A stretch of DNA of 55,219 bases, filler included, from Sluysia triapertura (taxonomy: Eukaryota), in assembly GCA_046118255.1 (NCBI GenBank). It is 4 parts of 4 records of this genome, joined end to end, with 100 filler letters (N's around TTAATTAATTAA, not from the genome) between each part and the next. Parts side by side here need not be neighbours in the genome. Positions count along the whole stretch, not along the records: positions 21,914 to 43,193 come from JBJNIA010261729.1; positions 43,294 to 55,219 come from JBJNIA010155493.1; 2 more parts are not named here. One strand, 5' to 3'. Under the pieces are notes generated by a model, which saw only the letters and a list, made by a program, of their open reading frames with translations, was not told where the DNA came from and did no database searches. Both the position numbers and the translations under genes were made by a program. Every line of letters begins with the position of its first letter. The first letter of the stretch is position 1. Positions 39,041 to 51,800 of this stretch are shown here, piece by piece.

Positions 39041-39399
39041 TAGCTTTGTGATATTATAATATTGAAGTAAAAAATTTGACTAAATTTTTTTCAAAATTGT
39101 AACACTACATATTAAATTAACTTTTATATTTTAAAACAAATATTTGAAAGAGTATTTACAAAAACAATATTAGCAATCATAAATTCTAAAATAGTATGTT
39201 AAGTGAAAAAATATTAATATATTTTTGAAATAAATATATTATTAAACTTCGGAGAAATTAGAGAAAAACTATTTCAGTTTCAGAGTAATATATTTCGATA
39301 TATATATTATATTACACTCATAGATTCTAAAAATGTCGTCCGTGCACTTCAGTGCAGCGCCTTAACCTAGAAATCCAAGCTCGTGTAGCGTTTTGATGG

Positions 39400-39610
39400 G
39401 TAACTTCAAGTTCTTTCCAAGCTCATTTTCAAATCATCAATAGAGTTTATGTCACGTCGACAATTCTGAAGCTCTATTAATAACAAGCTCCAAGTGCAGT
39501 AATCCATGACATTTAAGTCTGGACTTTTGTTGGGCCAATCTTCCGGTTCAATGAAATCAGGAGTAGATTGCTGAAGAAAATGAAATGAAGCCTTTGCTGT
39601 TGCCATGTTC
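39400..39610 (-). mobile_element. Tc1/mariner transposase remnant
   Basis: PDFIEPEDWPNKSPDLNVMDYCTWSLL..SIDDLK, the WP..SPDLN..D..W motif. Confidence 0.85.
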
Positions 39611-41322
39611 ATATTTGGTAATGTAAGAATTTGTGGAATACAGAATGAAAATTAAATTAAATTTTTAATTTTATTTTTTATTTATATTTGAGTTTGTATC
39701 CGTGAGACCTCTGTGACACCGGCCTTACGCACTAAAGGGTCGATGCATAGATGTCAGCGCAAAGAGTATTGGATATAATGGAGATCAAGGGAAATTTTTT
39801 TGGATAATTTTTGAGTATTTGATTAGTGCTCCGCTACGTTTAGTGAGATTAATTACTATGTTATTTTGTATTTGATCTAAAAAGATCTATAATCGACGAG
39901 TTAAAATTATTATAAATATGATCAAGACTTTTATTCCGCGAAATATATTTTAAATATTTGTAGCTATTTTATTTGGGTTTAACTTTGTGACAGAAGAATA
40001 GTAATACTACTGATCAAATGTTTTTCCATTTAAGTGTTTATAGCAAAATAAGAAAATGCGTTAATGAAATGTATATTAAAATATTAAACAAAATTAATAC
40101 GTATACAAATTAATTACTGAAAATTTTAAACTATTTTTTAAACTACTAAAACATTAAACAAAAAATCACTGCATATAGAGATTAATAATTGTCAAATAAA
40201 GTATATTAAAATATTAAACAAAATCAGCATTGATACGAATAATAATTATCAATTAAAAATTTTATAAAATAGTAGATTTTAGATTAGATTTATATTAGAT
40301 TCATATAAAATATAACTGTTAGTTAAAAAGTAAAATTTATATAGCAACTAGAAAATAAAACAATATTTATGAGAACTGTATTAAATAATCTAATAATATT
40401 ATTATAAATAAAATTTTTATAATTGTGAGTTTAATAAAATTTATATAAGTAATTAAATTTTACTATAATTTTATTGAGTTTTCGTTATATGTTAATAAAA
40501 ATATTAAAATAAACTTAATTTTTAAATACTAGCAGTTACTGTCAGTTATATGTGAATATGTAGTTGACTTTTTCCTTTTCAAATAACTTGAATACGATTA
40601 TCAAAATTATATAATGTTTGCAATTGTATTGAAAAATAACCTTAATTATTCAACAGAATAACAAATAGACGTAATGACTAAATTAAATCTCTAATTGTTA
40701 AATCGTCTATGATCTAATACTTTAAAAATTCAATACTTAAACTTCTGAAATTTTTAAAATCTTAAAATTTATGCAATTTTGTTACTCTATCATTCATTTA
40801 TATACTAATTGGTGATTGATACTAATGATGATTAATGCTAATAATGATATTTAACAATTCATAATAATATAATAATAATAATAAATTTAATATTTAATAA
40901 CCAACAATAATAATGATCATGGTAATGATAATGATAATAACAATAATGACAACAATAATAACAATAATAGCAACAAAACTTGATAATTTGTTCCTATTAA
41001 TTTCTTCATAAAGTAAATTGAAAAGCACAAACAACATTGTGATGTAGTAATTGGTTCTAGATACCGTCTTATAGAGGGCCGTACTTTGTTTTGATTAAAA
41101 GAAAGTTTATTTATTGTGATGTTATTAGGATCAGTTTTATAAAAGGCTTTGTTAAACCTTTGATCTCTGTTTGATTTATTGCTTTTCCTATGTATTTTGT
41201 AACTCAAGGAAAATTTATAAAGGTAGTAAAGTTTGGAAAGATATTTATGATTTATTTCATAACTTATAGACAATTGATGATAACAAAAAATTTCATAAAT
41301 TACATTTATTAAAGGTTTAAAA

Positions 41323-42135
41323 TTATAGACATGAAAATTGGTCGACTGTACTTGTGCCTGACTGGGTTTCCATCTCCATAGATCTGGGCCTGTTGAACAT
41401 CAAATTAGAATTAAAATGAATAAAAATACTATAAACGATATGATTATAATAGTTAAGGATATAGTAAAAAATAAATTTATTACTTTGTGTGTGTTCGGTT
41501 ACTTCGAAATTTTGAACCGGCTTGGCGTTAACAATATTGTATGGCGTAACCAGATAGACTTTGACATCGTTGGTGCCCAGAATGATATTCATTGGGTAAT
41601 GCACTTGTCGCCTTATACTGACTACAAGGTTTGGCTTGCTCACATTGTTTTTAGTTCGCTTTGGATTATTTAAATACTTTATGCAGATAGCATCGTCATG
41701 AACTACCTTGGATACATTACTTTTAGTTCGTTTTGCAATATCTACATGCTTTACACTGATTACAACGTCACGAACTTCTTTTAATACGTTACTTTTAACT
41801 CCCTTTGCATCATCTACATACTTTACGCTAATTGCAATACCACGAACTGCTATGAGTACATTACCTTTAGTTTGCTTTACATTATCTACACGCTTTACGC
41901 TGATTACAATGTCACGAATTGCTATGAATACATTACTTTTAACTCGCTTTGCATCATCTACATACTTTACGCTAATTGCAATACCACGAACTGCTATGAA
42001 TACATCATATTTAATTTGCTTTGCATTATCTTTACTTCGATTTGTTCTATCAACATAAGTTGCATCGTCTTTTACACGTTCACTTTCGGGCTCATAAGTT
42101 TCCGACCGATACGAGCTAAATATGGGCTTGTAAAA
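41323..42135 (-). CDS. cassette F cargo: 271-codon open frame with 24-aa (72-bp) tandem repeats
   Basis: Stop-free from 42135 to the stop at 41323, with no ATG at its 5' end. About 5 units like VDDAKRVKSNVFIAIRDIVISVKR. The ORF track reports only the last 106 aa. Confidence 0.45.
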   Translation of the reverse strand, partial: FYKPIFSSYRSETYEPESERVKDDATYVDRTNRSKDNAKQIKYDVFIAVRGIAISVKYVDDAKRVKSNVFIAIRDIVISVKRVDNVKQTKGNVLIAVRGIAISVKYVDDAKGVKSNVLKEVRDVVISVKHVDIAKRTKSNVSKVVHDDAICIKYLNNPKRTKNNVSKPNLVVSIRRQVHYPMNIILGTNDVKVYLVTPYNIVNAKPVQNFEVTEHTQSNKFIFYYILNYYNHIVYSIFIHFNSNLMFNRPRSMEMETQSGTSTVDQFSCL

Positions 42136-42582
42136 TTACGATCTAGACGAGACATTAATTTTCAACGAAATATAGGCTTTTAAGTGTTTACTAATTGTAG
42201 CCGTTAATAAAGAATAAATTTTTAATGATTGTAGTGATTTTTACCAATGTCTGGATATTGAAATTTTGTGATTTTTTAATATGGCTGGTTTTTAGTCTGT
42301 ATCAAAATACTTAGTAGTGTATGCCAAATGAAAATTTGTTGCTCTTTTGTTAATAACAAACAAACAGTAATATATCTAATGCACATGCATTGCCAACACG
42401 TATGCAGAATTACACTTGTTAATAATAAAATTATCATAAAATGTTAGACATGTAATCACACTTGTTAACAGTAAAATTATTATGAAATGTTAAACATGCA
42501 ATCACTGTTTGTAGTGAAGGTATAATGTATCAAGCAATCAAATTCGTTTTATCATTTACACTCTTCTAAATTTTTAATGTCT

Positions 42583-42720
42583 GTCCAATCAATATGTGTT
42601 TTGGTTCTGCACTAATTTTAGTATACCCAATCAGAGTATTTGAAAGAAGGTAGGTGATGTGTACTCTGATTGGGTTGTAAATGATGCTGTATCAGTAGTA
42701 AGTAGTACTTTTAATTATTA
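42583..42720. promoter_or_regulatory. cassette conserved region, copy F
   Basis: Perfect 14-bp inverted repeat acccaatcagagta 42625-42638 / 42662-42675, followed by an AAT-rich tract and arm as in copies A-C. A 46-bp tandem duplication lies at ~42408-42505. Confidence 0.55.
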
Positions 42721-43193
42721 CGTAAGAAGGTGATTAATATGTTGTAAATAATAATTGTGATAAAAGTACTTGTGAATAATAATAACTAGAATAATAATAA
42801 TGTAGTTAATAATACACAAAATGATAATAATATTAAATTGATAAAAAGTAATAATAAGGTGATAATAATGATAGTAATAATAATAATAATATGATAATAA
42901 TAATTGTGAACAATGAAGATAATAATAATAATAACAATAATTTAATGCATGAATCCTTGAAATCTTTTTAACTATTACACTAGCTTTTCTCTTATTTGAA
43001 TCTTTAACTCTTGTACATATTTAAACGGGAAATGAAATGAAAGGTGTTAAACTTAATTTGTTAACGTCAATTAATGTTTTGTGATTTAAAGAGAAGGTCT
43101 ATGCATTAGAATTGGGGTGTTTATTTGGAAGATTGAAGTTAAATTGATTTTATAAAGACTATTGCGAAATAATTTTGTATATGTTATGATTAA

Positions 43194-43293
43194 NNNNNNN
43201 NNNNNNNNNNNNNNNNNNNNNNNNNNNNNNNNNNNNNTTAATTAATTAANNNNNNNNNNNNNNNNNNNNNNNNNNNNNNNNNNNNNNNNNNNN
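43194..43293. other. artificial contig linker
   Basis: 44 N + TTAATTAATTAA + 44 N. Confidence 0.97.
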
Positions 43294-43373
43294 ATAATTT
43301 CTTTAACCAATAAATAATTTCTTCAACCAATGGATAATTTCTTTAACCAATAAATAATTTCTTCAACCAATAA
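43294..43373. repeat. 20-bp minisatellite x4 at contig start
   Basis: ataatttcttYaaccaatRR repeated four times. Confidence 0.9.
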
Positions 43374-44228
43374 TTAGTTCCCAAAGATTTAACGTTTTTT
43401 TGAACAAAAGTCTGCTTCAAAGATTTTTAAAAAATTTTTGTGTAAGTTATCTGGTAAGTTTATGCCTTTTATACTAATTTTTAAAAATGATAAGATTTTA
43501 AATGTAGACGTTTTACAATTAAATGCAGACGTTTTTAATTTAAAGATTTTAATTTTATTTTATCAATTAATAAAATTAATTAATTACTTTTTTATCTGTT
43601 AAGATAATAATTTTTGTTTTAAATTCAAGTTAATAAAATCAAATTTTATCAGTTGTACTATGAATGAATTTTATCAGTTATACTATGAATGAAATAAAAG
43701 TACTTTTATAAAATCAATTAATTAATTTTCTTATCTGTAATTATTCTTTTAAATTTTAATAATGTCTAATTCTTTTTAAATTTAATGTCTATTTAAATCT
43801 TAATAATGTCTAATTCTTTTAAATTTAATGTCTACAGTATTATTACAGTAAAATTTTCAAAGGTTCTATTTGAAAAAAGAACCTAAATAAAATTCATTTT
43901 ATTTCACTCACTATTTGGCGAAAAAACAGAACCATACCAGATTTTTGAAGATCTATTTTAATTTAATCTCGCTAAAGCTTTTATAATTACCTCATAATAT
44001 TAATAAAGATAAATTTTGCAATCTCATCACCTTAACATAACTTTACAAAAATTTAACCTCCAACAAGTTCATATTATTAATCTTTAAAATCCTACGTTCT
44101 AGTCGTAATTTAATTTATTAAACTTAATTTAAACTTAAATTTGGGATTATAGTTATTAATATTATAAAAGATTACTGCAAAACATATTTGATATACTGGC
44201 TATTTAAATTATTAAGGTTCCTTTAAGC

Positions 44229-44279
44229 CAGTGGTGTCAAAGTGGCGGCCCGCAAAGCAAAAAAGGTTTGACACCACTG
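44229..44279. mobile_element. 51-bp hAT (Buster/Charlie-type) MITE
   Basis: Perfect 13-bp TIRs CAGTGGTGTCAAA/TTTGACACCACTG and a perfect 8-bp TSD CTTTAAGC (44221-44228, 44280-44287) with central TA. Confidence 0.92.
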
Positions 44280-47025
44280 CTTTAAGCTAACCAAGTTAAT
44301 ATTGAGTCGTAATAGCTAATAACAGTATTTGTTAACCATTATTTTTATTAATATTATTATTCTATAAAAACACTACTTTACATTCTTGATCTTTTATTTG
44401 CATTTGCTATCATGCTTGTCATTGGGTACATTCTAACCTACATTCACGTCAGAATAATAATATTATAAATGTTATTGAATATCCAGATCAATTTTTGGCA
44501 AGTTGTTAGGATTAATAATATTCCCCATTAATGCTTCAATCGAACTTTCATGGATTCATCTTTGTAATGATTTTCTACATAATTTAATGGGAAATGAAAT
44601 ACCAAGCATTAGCTTAATATTGATTTCGTAATTTTAATCCTTCATAATCCCAAATATATTAACTATTCTGAAATGCATTTCTATTTCGTCAATTCAATAG
44701 TGTAAATTTTGCATAAAATAATCTATTGATAAATAAAAGTAACGTTTTAAAATTTAATTTTATATATAACTCTAAATAAATATTAAACACATTAATCACG
44801 ATTATAGTCTCAATATTTTTCCGTAGACGAAATTATCGATTAATACTCTGTAACAGTCAGTCAATGTGATTTAAATAAATCCCTCAATAAAATAAAACCT
44901 GGCTTGTTTAAAAATGAGTCGCAAAATACAACATTCAACAAACTAAAAATATTTTCAAAAAAAGTTATGATCAAAATAATAATAGTCCATAAAAAATTGA
45001 TAATGAAAATAATAATGATAATAATAATAATCTACATTTTATTTTTGTTTAAAATACATTAAAATTGTATCTTCTACTCTTAATATCACAACATATCTTT
45101 GTATAGGCTTACTCCAAATTTACACAATGATAATCGCACAAGCACATATTAGTATTATTTTATTCGATTATACATCATATTAAAATTTTTTACTATTTAT
45201 TTATTATCATAGCTTTTACTTTAGTATTTGAGTTTTTACAAAAGGTGTATCTTTTATATTTATTATACTCGGTTAATTATTGGCTATTAATGTACACAAG
45301 TGCGTGCAGTGATTGGTTACTTTATAAATGTGTGTTATTGGTGTAAAATAAGTTTATTCAGTTTTACATTATTATCATTATCATTATTATTATTATTAAT
45401 TCAAAATAACTTATGTAATAGTATTAAAAGTACATTTGAAAAATATCACACATATCACATTTTCTGGTAAGAAATTTTACTAACACATTTCCTCACGAAT
45501 CAGGATATGTAAAAACAATAATGTTATGGCAACTGTAATAAGAAATAAGAAATAATTATACACATTTAGTTGGAAATCAATATTTTATTAGTCTAAAAAT
45601 CAATCGGACACAATAACACAAACAAACAATGTCAATACAGTTTTTAAAATCGATAAGAGAGATCATATTTGGTTTTCGCAATTTATAAACTATGAATAAG
45701 TAGTATTTGTCATTAATAAATAATATTTGTCAAATCAATAGACAATAATTTATATAATAATTAGTTTCTATCATCAAAATTGCATAAATATTTCCAATAT
45801 TGATATAGCGTATGAATGCAATTATTATGCAGCTTATAATTAAGATTAATTTTAATAAGGGTTATTAAATTTTTGTTTTAAAATAAATTTATTTAAATAT
45901 ATTGTCATAATAATCTAAATTTTATATTTATTGATTTAGTTAAAGTTAATTGTATTTTTATTTTTTGGGTTCGGCTTCTCACATTTTGTAAACAATTTTG
46001 TTATTTTTAGGGGATTCATTTTCATTTAATCTAGATAAAGTGATATTTATTTTTTAGGAATCCCCATTTGAAGTAACTTTGTAGCATACGATTTTAAATT
46101 GACATTTTTAAAGAATTTAATTTTGTTTTACAACTAGATTAAGATTAAGCTACACAGATAGATATTTATGGTTATTATAGATTTAATTTGTTTTTTGGCA
46201 ATTGTTAAGATTTCATATTACAGATAACATTATTTTGTAGATTGTTTAAAATATAATAAATTGTTGGTTATTTTTTTTGATTTTATCTTTTGATCTTTAA
46301 TATTAGAGAAGGATTTATTATTGTGACAATTTAATATAATTACTAACAATAAAATCTCAAACTAAACATCGTATTATTATCTTAAAATTTCTGTTCCTGT
46401 AATAAAATCTATTTTTATTTATTTATATTTCTTCAATAATGTCTTATATTGAATAAATTTTTATATTTCATATTTAATCTGCATTAGAAATTGAAATTCG
46501 TGAATTTTGCAATATTATTATTATTATTATTATTATTATTTGATTGAATAACACAAACCATAAAATTGTTGATAAGCTTAAAATGACATATTAAAGTTTT
46601 ATAAGCTTTATACAAACGTAGAATTCTTGACAAGTTAAAAAGTTTTGCAAACTAGCAGTTTTGAAGCTAAATAAATCCACATAGCATAAGCGAAACATTA
46701 CATAAAAAATCCTATCGAGTATATTTGCAAATTAAGTAATTAATTTTTAAATAGTGTAAAATTATTTTTCTCTGCTCAGAATATTATTATTATTATTATT
46801 TAGTATAATTATTTAATTTTCATCATATAAGATCCTCTCCATAGTCAACTTCTGTTTATTCAATATTTCACTCTCTAACCAATTTGTTTCTATATTAATC
46901 CTCATATATTATGGCTACAATGTCAATTTTCTCTATATATATTAGTTAATTGTAGCGCATACTAATACCTATTCTTGTATATTAATGGATTTTCATGTTT
47001 TATTATTATCCTTATTATTTTATAG

Positions 47026-47106
47026 TTACCTGCTTCTTTATTCACATTTGTCTACTGGATTCTAGTTTCCGCTTGCTTATTTGGAAGGGTTTCTGGATGC
47101 TTTTTG
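47026..47106 (+). CDS. candidate isolated exon, hydrophobic peptide
   Basis: ttttatag...gtattt boundaries, GC-richer than flanks, two frames open; partner exons not established. Confidence 0.25.
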
Positions 47107-47758
47107 GTATTTAAACACAAAAGCATTAATTTCATAGTAAATAAGTTTATATTTGTGTAGGAAATATAAATTTATTTTATGAAATTAAAAAAAATATTAT
47201 TCGCGTAAACACATTTTGGATCGATTCGATGTTACTTTTTATTGTATTTCAATTTTTGAGATGATACTTAGAATAAAGATATTGCACGTAAAATTATTGC
47301 ATTATATAATTTTTATTAGCTTAAATAAATGTACTTTTATATTTAAAATGTTATGCATCTCTTATCTTAATCAATATTTTTTGTATCATCCGTGTTTGTG
47401 TGTTTACAAATTATTAGTTTTCAATTGATAACATATTAAGTTAGTAATGATCTCAATATTTGAGAAACCCTGTATAATAATCTCATATTAAAGATATAAG
47501 CATTTAGTACTCTATTGAGATCATATAGAATAATATAAATTGATTAATTTTGAAATATTCTTCGAGAGAAAGTATTTTGTATGCTTTTGTTATCTTTTTT
47601 TGTGTTCATGTTACTCACCACTGTCTTTGTAATTGAGTATTCAGTATCTTTACTTTTTTGGAGTCGGCAGCATGAAAAGCAATTGTTTAAACTAAAAAAT
47701 AGAATATTTTTTGATTATTAAATATGGCTAATTGAGTTTTAATTATGTAGTACACATA

Positions 47759-48541
47759 CATGGTGTCCCAAAAGTAACCAAACCGCAAACTTAAATAAAA
47801 ATTAGATAAAACGACAAATTTAATAGGTGTATTTAGTATTTAGAAATGTTCAAAGTGTCCACCTTGAACTTCAATGTAAGCACGATATCTTTTGACAACA
47901 CTCCGACATAATTTCCTCTAAAATTTGGTTCCATTTGTGCTGAATACTTTGTTTAAATTGATCAATTGTCCTGCGTTCTTTAGAACTCCCTATAGAAAAA
48001 TATCAGGCAGTGCCAAATCCGGGAATCTGGCGTCCAATCCAATGTCCTGGAAATGTTTCATTAAGCCATTGTCGAACATCTTTCGATGCTTAGCGGATAG
48101 ATTTTATAGGAGAATGAACAAATGTAGCTGCCAATATATCCCTGTTTTCAGGTGAACGAACTGTTTTAGGAGCATTTGACACACTTCCACTTACTTCAAA
48201 TTTGGATACAAGATTGAACACTGTCGACTTACTCGGTATAAGTGTTGTGAAGTTTGCTTCCTATCTTTCTTCAACATGCTTGTATAATAAATCTAAAGTC
48301 CTTCGCTGCATTTTTAAGAATGAGGGACCAGAAGCGCACGCTGAACAGAAATCAAGCAATGACGTCATAATAAAATTAATAAGATCACTCAACAAAAGTC
48401 ATTCCAAAGACTACTAATCGCAGAAGGAAATTAATAGTAACGAATATAACATAAATGACATAAAAGAAGAAATTACATTTGTCGTTTTTGATATCTAATT
48501 TTTATTTAAGTTTGCGTTTCGGTTACTTTCGAGACACCGTG
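47759..48541 (-). mobile_element. internally deleted Tc1/mariner element with both TIRs
   Basis: ~60-bp TIRs (ca.ggtgtc.c.aaagtaacc.aa.cgcaaacttaaataaaaattagata) with TA on both sides; remnants PSKSTVFNLVSKFEVSGSV, VRQWLNETFPGHWIGR and GGHFEH. Confidence 0.92.
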
Positions 48542-48732
48542 TATTATTAAAAATAAATTAATTTACTCATTGTTTAGGTATTTTGAATGTTAAAAGAACT
48601 TCTTCAAAAACAAGTTTTTAATGCGTGCTATTTATATTTTAAATAATATTGTTTCTTAATAGAAATGTTGGGTTTAAAGGCCTAAAGTGCCGCTTGTTAA
48701 AATTGACTATAATAAAATAAATTTGTTAGACG

Positions 48733-48803
48733 AGGCTGATAGCTCAGTGGTAGAACATCAACTGCGCAGACAGAGGTCCCGGGTTCGATCCCCGGTCAGT
48801 CCA
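48733..48803 (+). tRNA. tRNA-like pseudogene/SINE head (closest to tRNA-Ala pattern, anticodon arm degenerate)
   Basis: A box TAGCTCAGTGG, B box GGTTCGATCCC, intact T arm, acceptor stem AGGCTGA/TCAGTCC, TTTT terminator at 48804. The anticodon arm is one nt short and does not pair. Confidence 0.75.
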
Positions 48804-51800
48804 TTTTACGAAGTCTAACAAAAAGTTACATCTAAGAAATTTTTATTTTTTCGTATAGTGATAGCTCTAAAGACTATATTGAACAAGTGGGACATTTAAG
48901 TCTACTTATGTATATTTACCATATGTCTTTAACACATCCCATTAGACATGAAAGGGTTAAACAAGGTATCATCTCTTATGGTCTGACAACCCAAACATAC
49001 TTAAAAATATTCGTAATATTAGTAAATGTATTAAAAAAGTATGACCTTTCTTTTCTAAATCTCTGAATATCTAATTGTAAAATTTCTTTCGATACTTTTG
49101 TATTCTTTTAAGAAAACTTATCCAAACTTCAATCAAAATTCTTAAAAAAGTGATATCACTTCTTTTTGAATTTATTTTTTGATTCAAAAAAGCAATAAAA
49201 ACATTTATTAGAGTAAAGAATTAATTCATTTCCTTATATATTTAATTTTGCTTTTCTTTTTACCTTTTTGAAAAAGGAAAATTCTTCTTGATTTATGTTC
49301 ATGAAAACCTAAAATTTTATTATTTATGTAACAACTTGTGTTAAATTTATTTTTTTATTTTCAAAATTTTCAACTTCATTGTATGCATAATACCAATGAT
49401 ATCGATTTCAAGGATACCCATTCGATAAAGAGACCAGACGTTAAACATTTTTCGGATTATTCATTATCCAAAAATTTCGTTTTAATTGGTACTTAATCCA
49501 ATGAAGTTTTTCAAATTCATACAGTTACAATTGATCCATTGAAATTGATTGATTCCATGATATTCTTTCATTATTGGCTAATTTTTTAATTTTATATATC
49601 GAGAACAATAAGGCATCATTCAAACCAATTAAGAAATTATACGATTTATGTAAGCTTTATAACTAATCTCATTGTATTGTGTTTTTCATAAATTGTATTA
49701 TAAATGTTCAAGATATTTGTCATTATGCATTTTGTAGTCATGTAACGTTTTATCTTAAAAGTAATGTATGTGGGCTTTAAGCCTAGATTCTTAAAAATAT
49801 AAAAATTACTTCAACTTGGCCACAAGCTAGAGTATATTTCACGAACAATTAAGAATTCTTACCATAATTTCAAAATAATAAAACTTAATTTTTATCCCAA
49901 TAACAAATTTATCCAAAGTAAATCTTGATAACAATCAATATTGAAAATCTAATTAACCATCTCAAAGCATCTTTGATTCCCAAATGTAATTATTGAATTT
50001 GAAAAATTTCTTTTGTAATGCGCCGCTTCAATGTCATGACACTACAGAACCAAAAATCAAAGTAAGTATAATGAGCATAGAGTAAATTGTCTTCCCTATT
50101 CGTGAGAAATAATTCCTCTTGTACATAATGTGGAAGATCACCCTATTTTTTAAAGACCCTTTCGCACGACTTACGTAGTCTTTTTAGCGGTGATATATTT
50201 GCCAGTGATGATAAAATAATAGTAATAATAATGAAATAATAATAATAATAATGGAAATTGAAAAAAATTATGCGTTTGTATAAAAAATTGAAAATTTACG
50301 TTATGAAATGAAAATTAATTAAATATTCATAACTATTGACATATTGAAATATTAGAAGTAAGCACAAAATAAATAAATGTTTTATTTAATTAAATAATGT
50401 CATTATTTATATGAAGTGGTTCCGTTTACAAAATTATTAAATTAACACTTAAATCGCTTCACTTTCACAATGACAACACAACTATAAGATTCATTTATTA
50501 CAAAAATCGCATAATCAATTTAGTTAGTTTGGTCCATATTTGATAACAGTGAAAAAACTATTCGATTATTTGGTAGGTTTTCACCTTATTTAAACTAAGG
50601 TTTAAAATCCAGATAAACTAAAACAATTAAGTCTAGATTTAAAATCAAATTCTTAATATGTCAATTTATTATATTTGATTCCTTTTTATGAATTGAACTG
50701 TTGGACTGACCGTGTATATTTACATTTTACATTTTGATAGATTTTCCGTTTGAGTAATAAATTTCAGAGTTTTATGTTTGATTTTTTGTAAATAATTTTC
50801 GTAAAGAATATAAGACACCAAATGGATTATAAATTTACAATTAGACACGAACTACTCGAGTGATATAAAGATAAATAAGAAAGAATTAATAGTACTAATT
50901 ACTAAAGAATAAAAATGAAATACAGACCCCACAAATATATTTTAAAAATCCTATAGTTACGTCTTTCAAAAAGAACATATACTAAAGGTGATTTATTTTG
51001 TAAGGTAAGTTTAACAAATTAGAAAAACATTTAAACATAACCCAAAGCAGTGGCGGAACAATGGAGGATAGGGAGGGTCAAATGCCCAAGGGCACAGCCT
51101 CAAGGGACGCAAAATTGCTTCTAGAAAAATAGAAAAAGAAATAAATGTTTAGTCAATGTATAGTGTTTTTTGACCATTGGTGGTGGTGTTTGAGTACGCC
51201 AGGTCGAGATATTGTCTCTCCTTGGGACTCGACCTCGGCACACTGTTAACTAAAATAAGAAACTTCTCCAAAAATATTAACGGTATCCACACAATTAAAA
51301 TCAACGATTATTAGAAAGAATGGTCTTTAATATTAAACAATACAAAAGAACACGCAAATATAAACAAATAAATCATCGGACAATAATCTTAACAATGGAG
51401 GAAACGAAATTTTTCAAAACTTGTCAATAACGCACATGAAAAAGAAGTTCTTCAATTTTATAATGATATTGATGATATTAATCACTTGTTATATTCCATA
51501 ATTACAAATAAATCAAACAAAAACAAAATTTAAGCCAAAAACATTGGAATCCAAAAAATTGAACTATATAATTCAATGTATGTCTCACCATGATGGATAT
51601 TTAGAAATGATAAGTCAATTCGAGTATTAAGAAGACGTAATACTAACAAACTGTATTTATTTTAAATTTTTGTATTTGTCTATTAGTCACCTTTTCTTGT
51701 CATTATTTAAAAATCGATTTCATTTTGTTTATAATAATGAATCTTTCAAAAAAAAACTTTCACTTTGTACTTTTAAAAATAAATACAACTTGAGATTGAG

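Noticed and set aside
26517-42060. CRISPR-like arrays (57-, 72- and 75-bp repeats)
   Set aside because: Whole units are similar along their length with no unique spacers; no cas genes; eukaryotic context.
41708-42183. Plus-strand ORFs over the 72-bp repeat
   Set aside because: Antisense shadows of the repeat; cassette orientation points to the minus strand.
10784-43293. TTAATTAATTAA palindromes inside N runs as a biological motif
   Set aside because: Identical 44N-12-44N layout three times with stops in all frames: an artificial linker.
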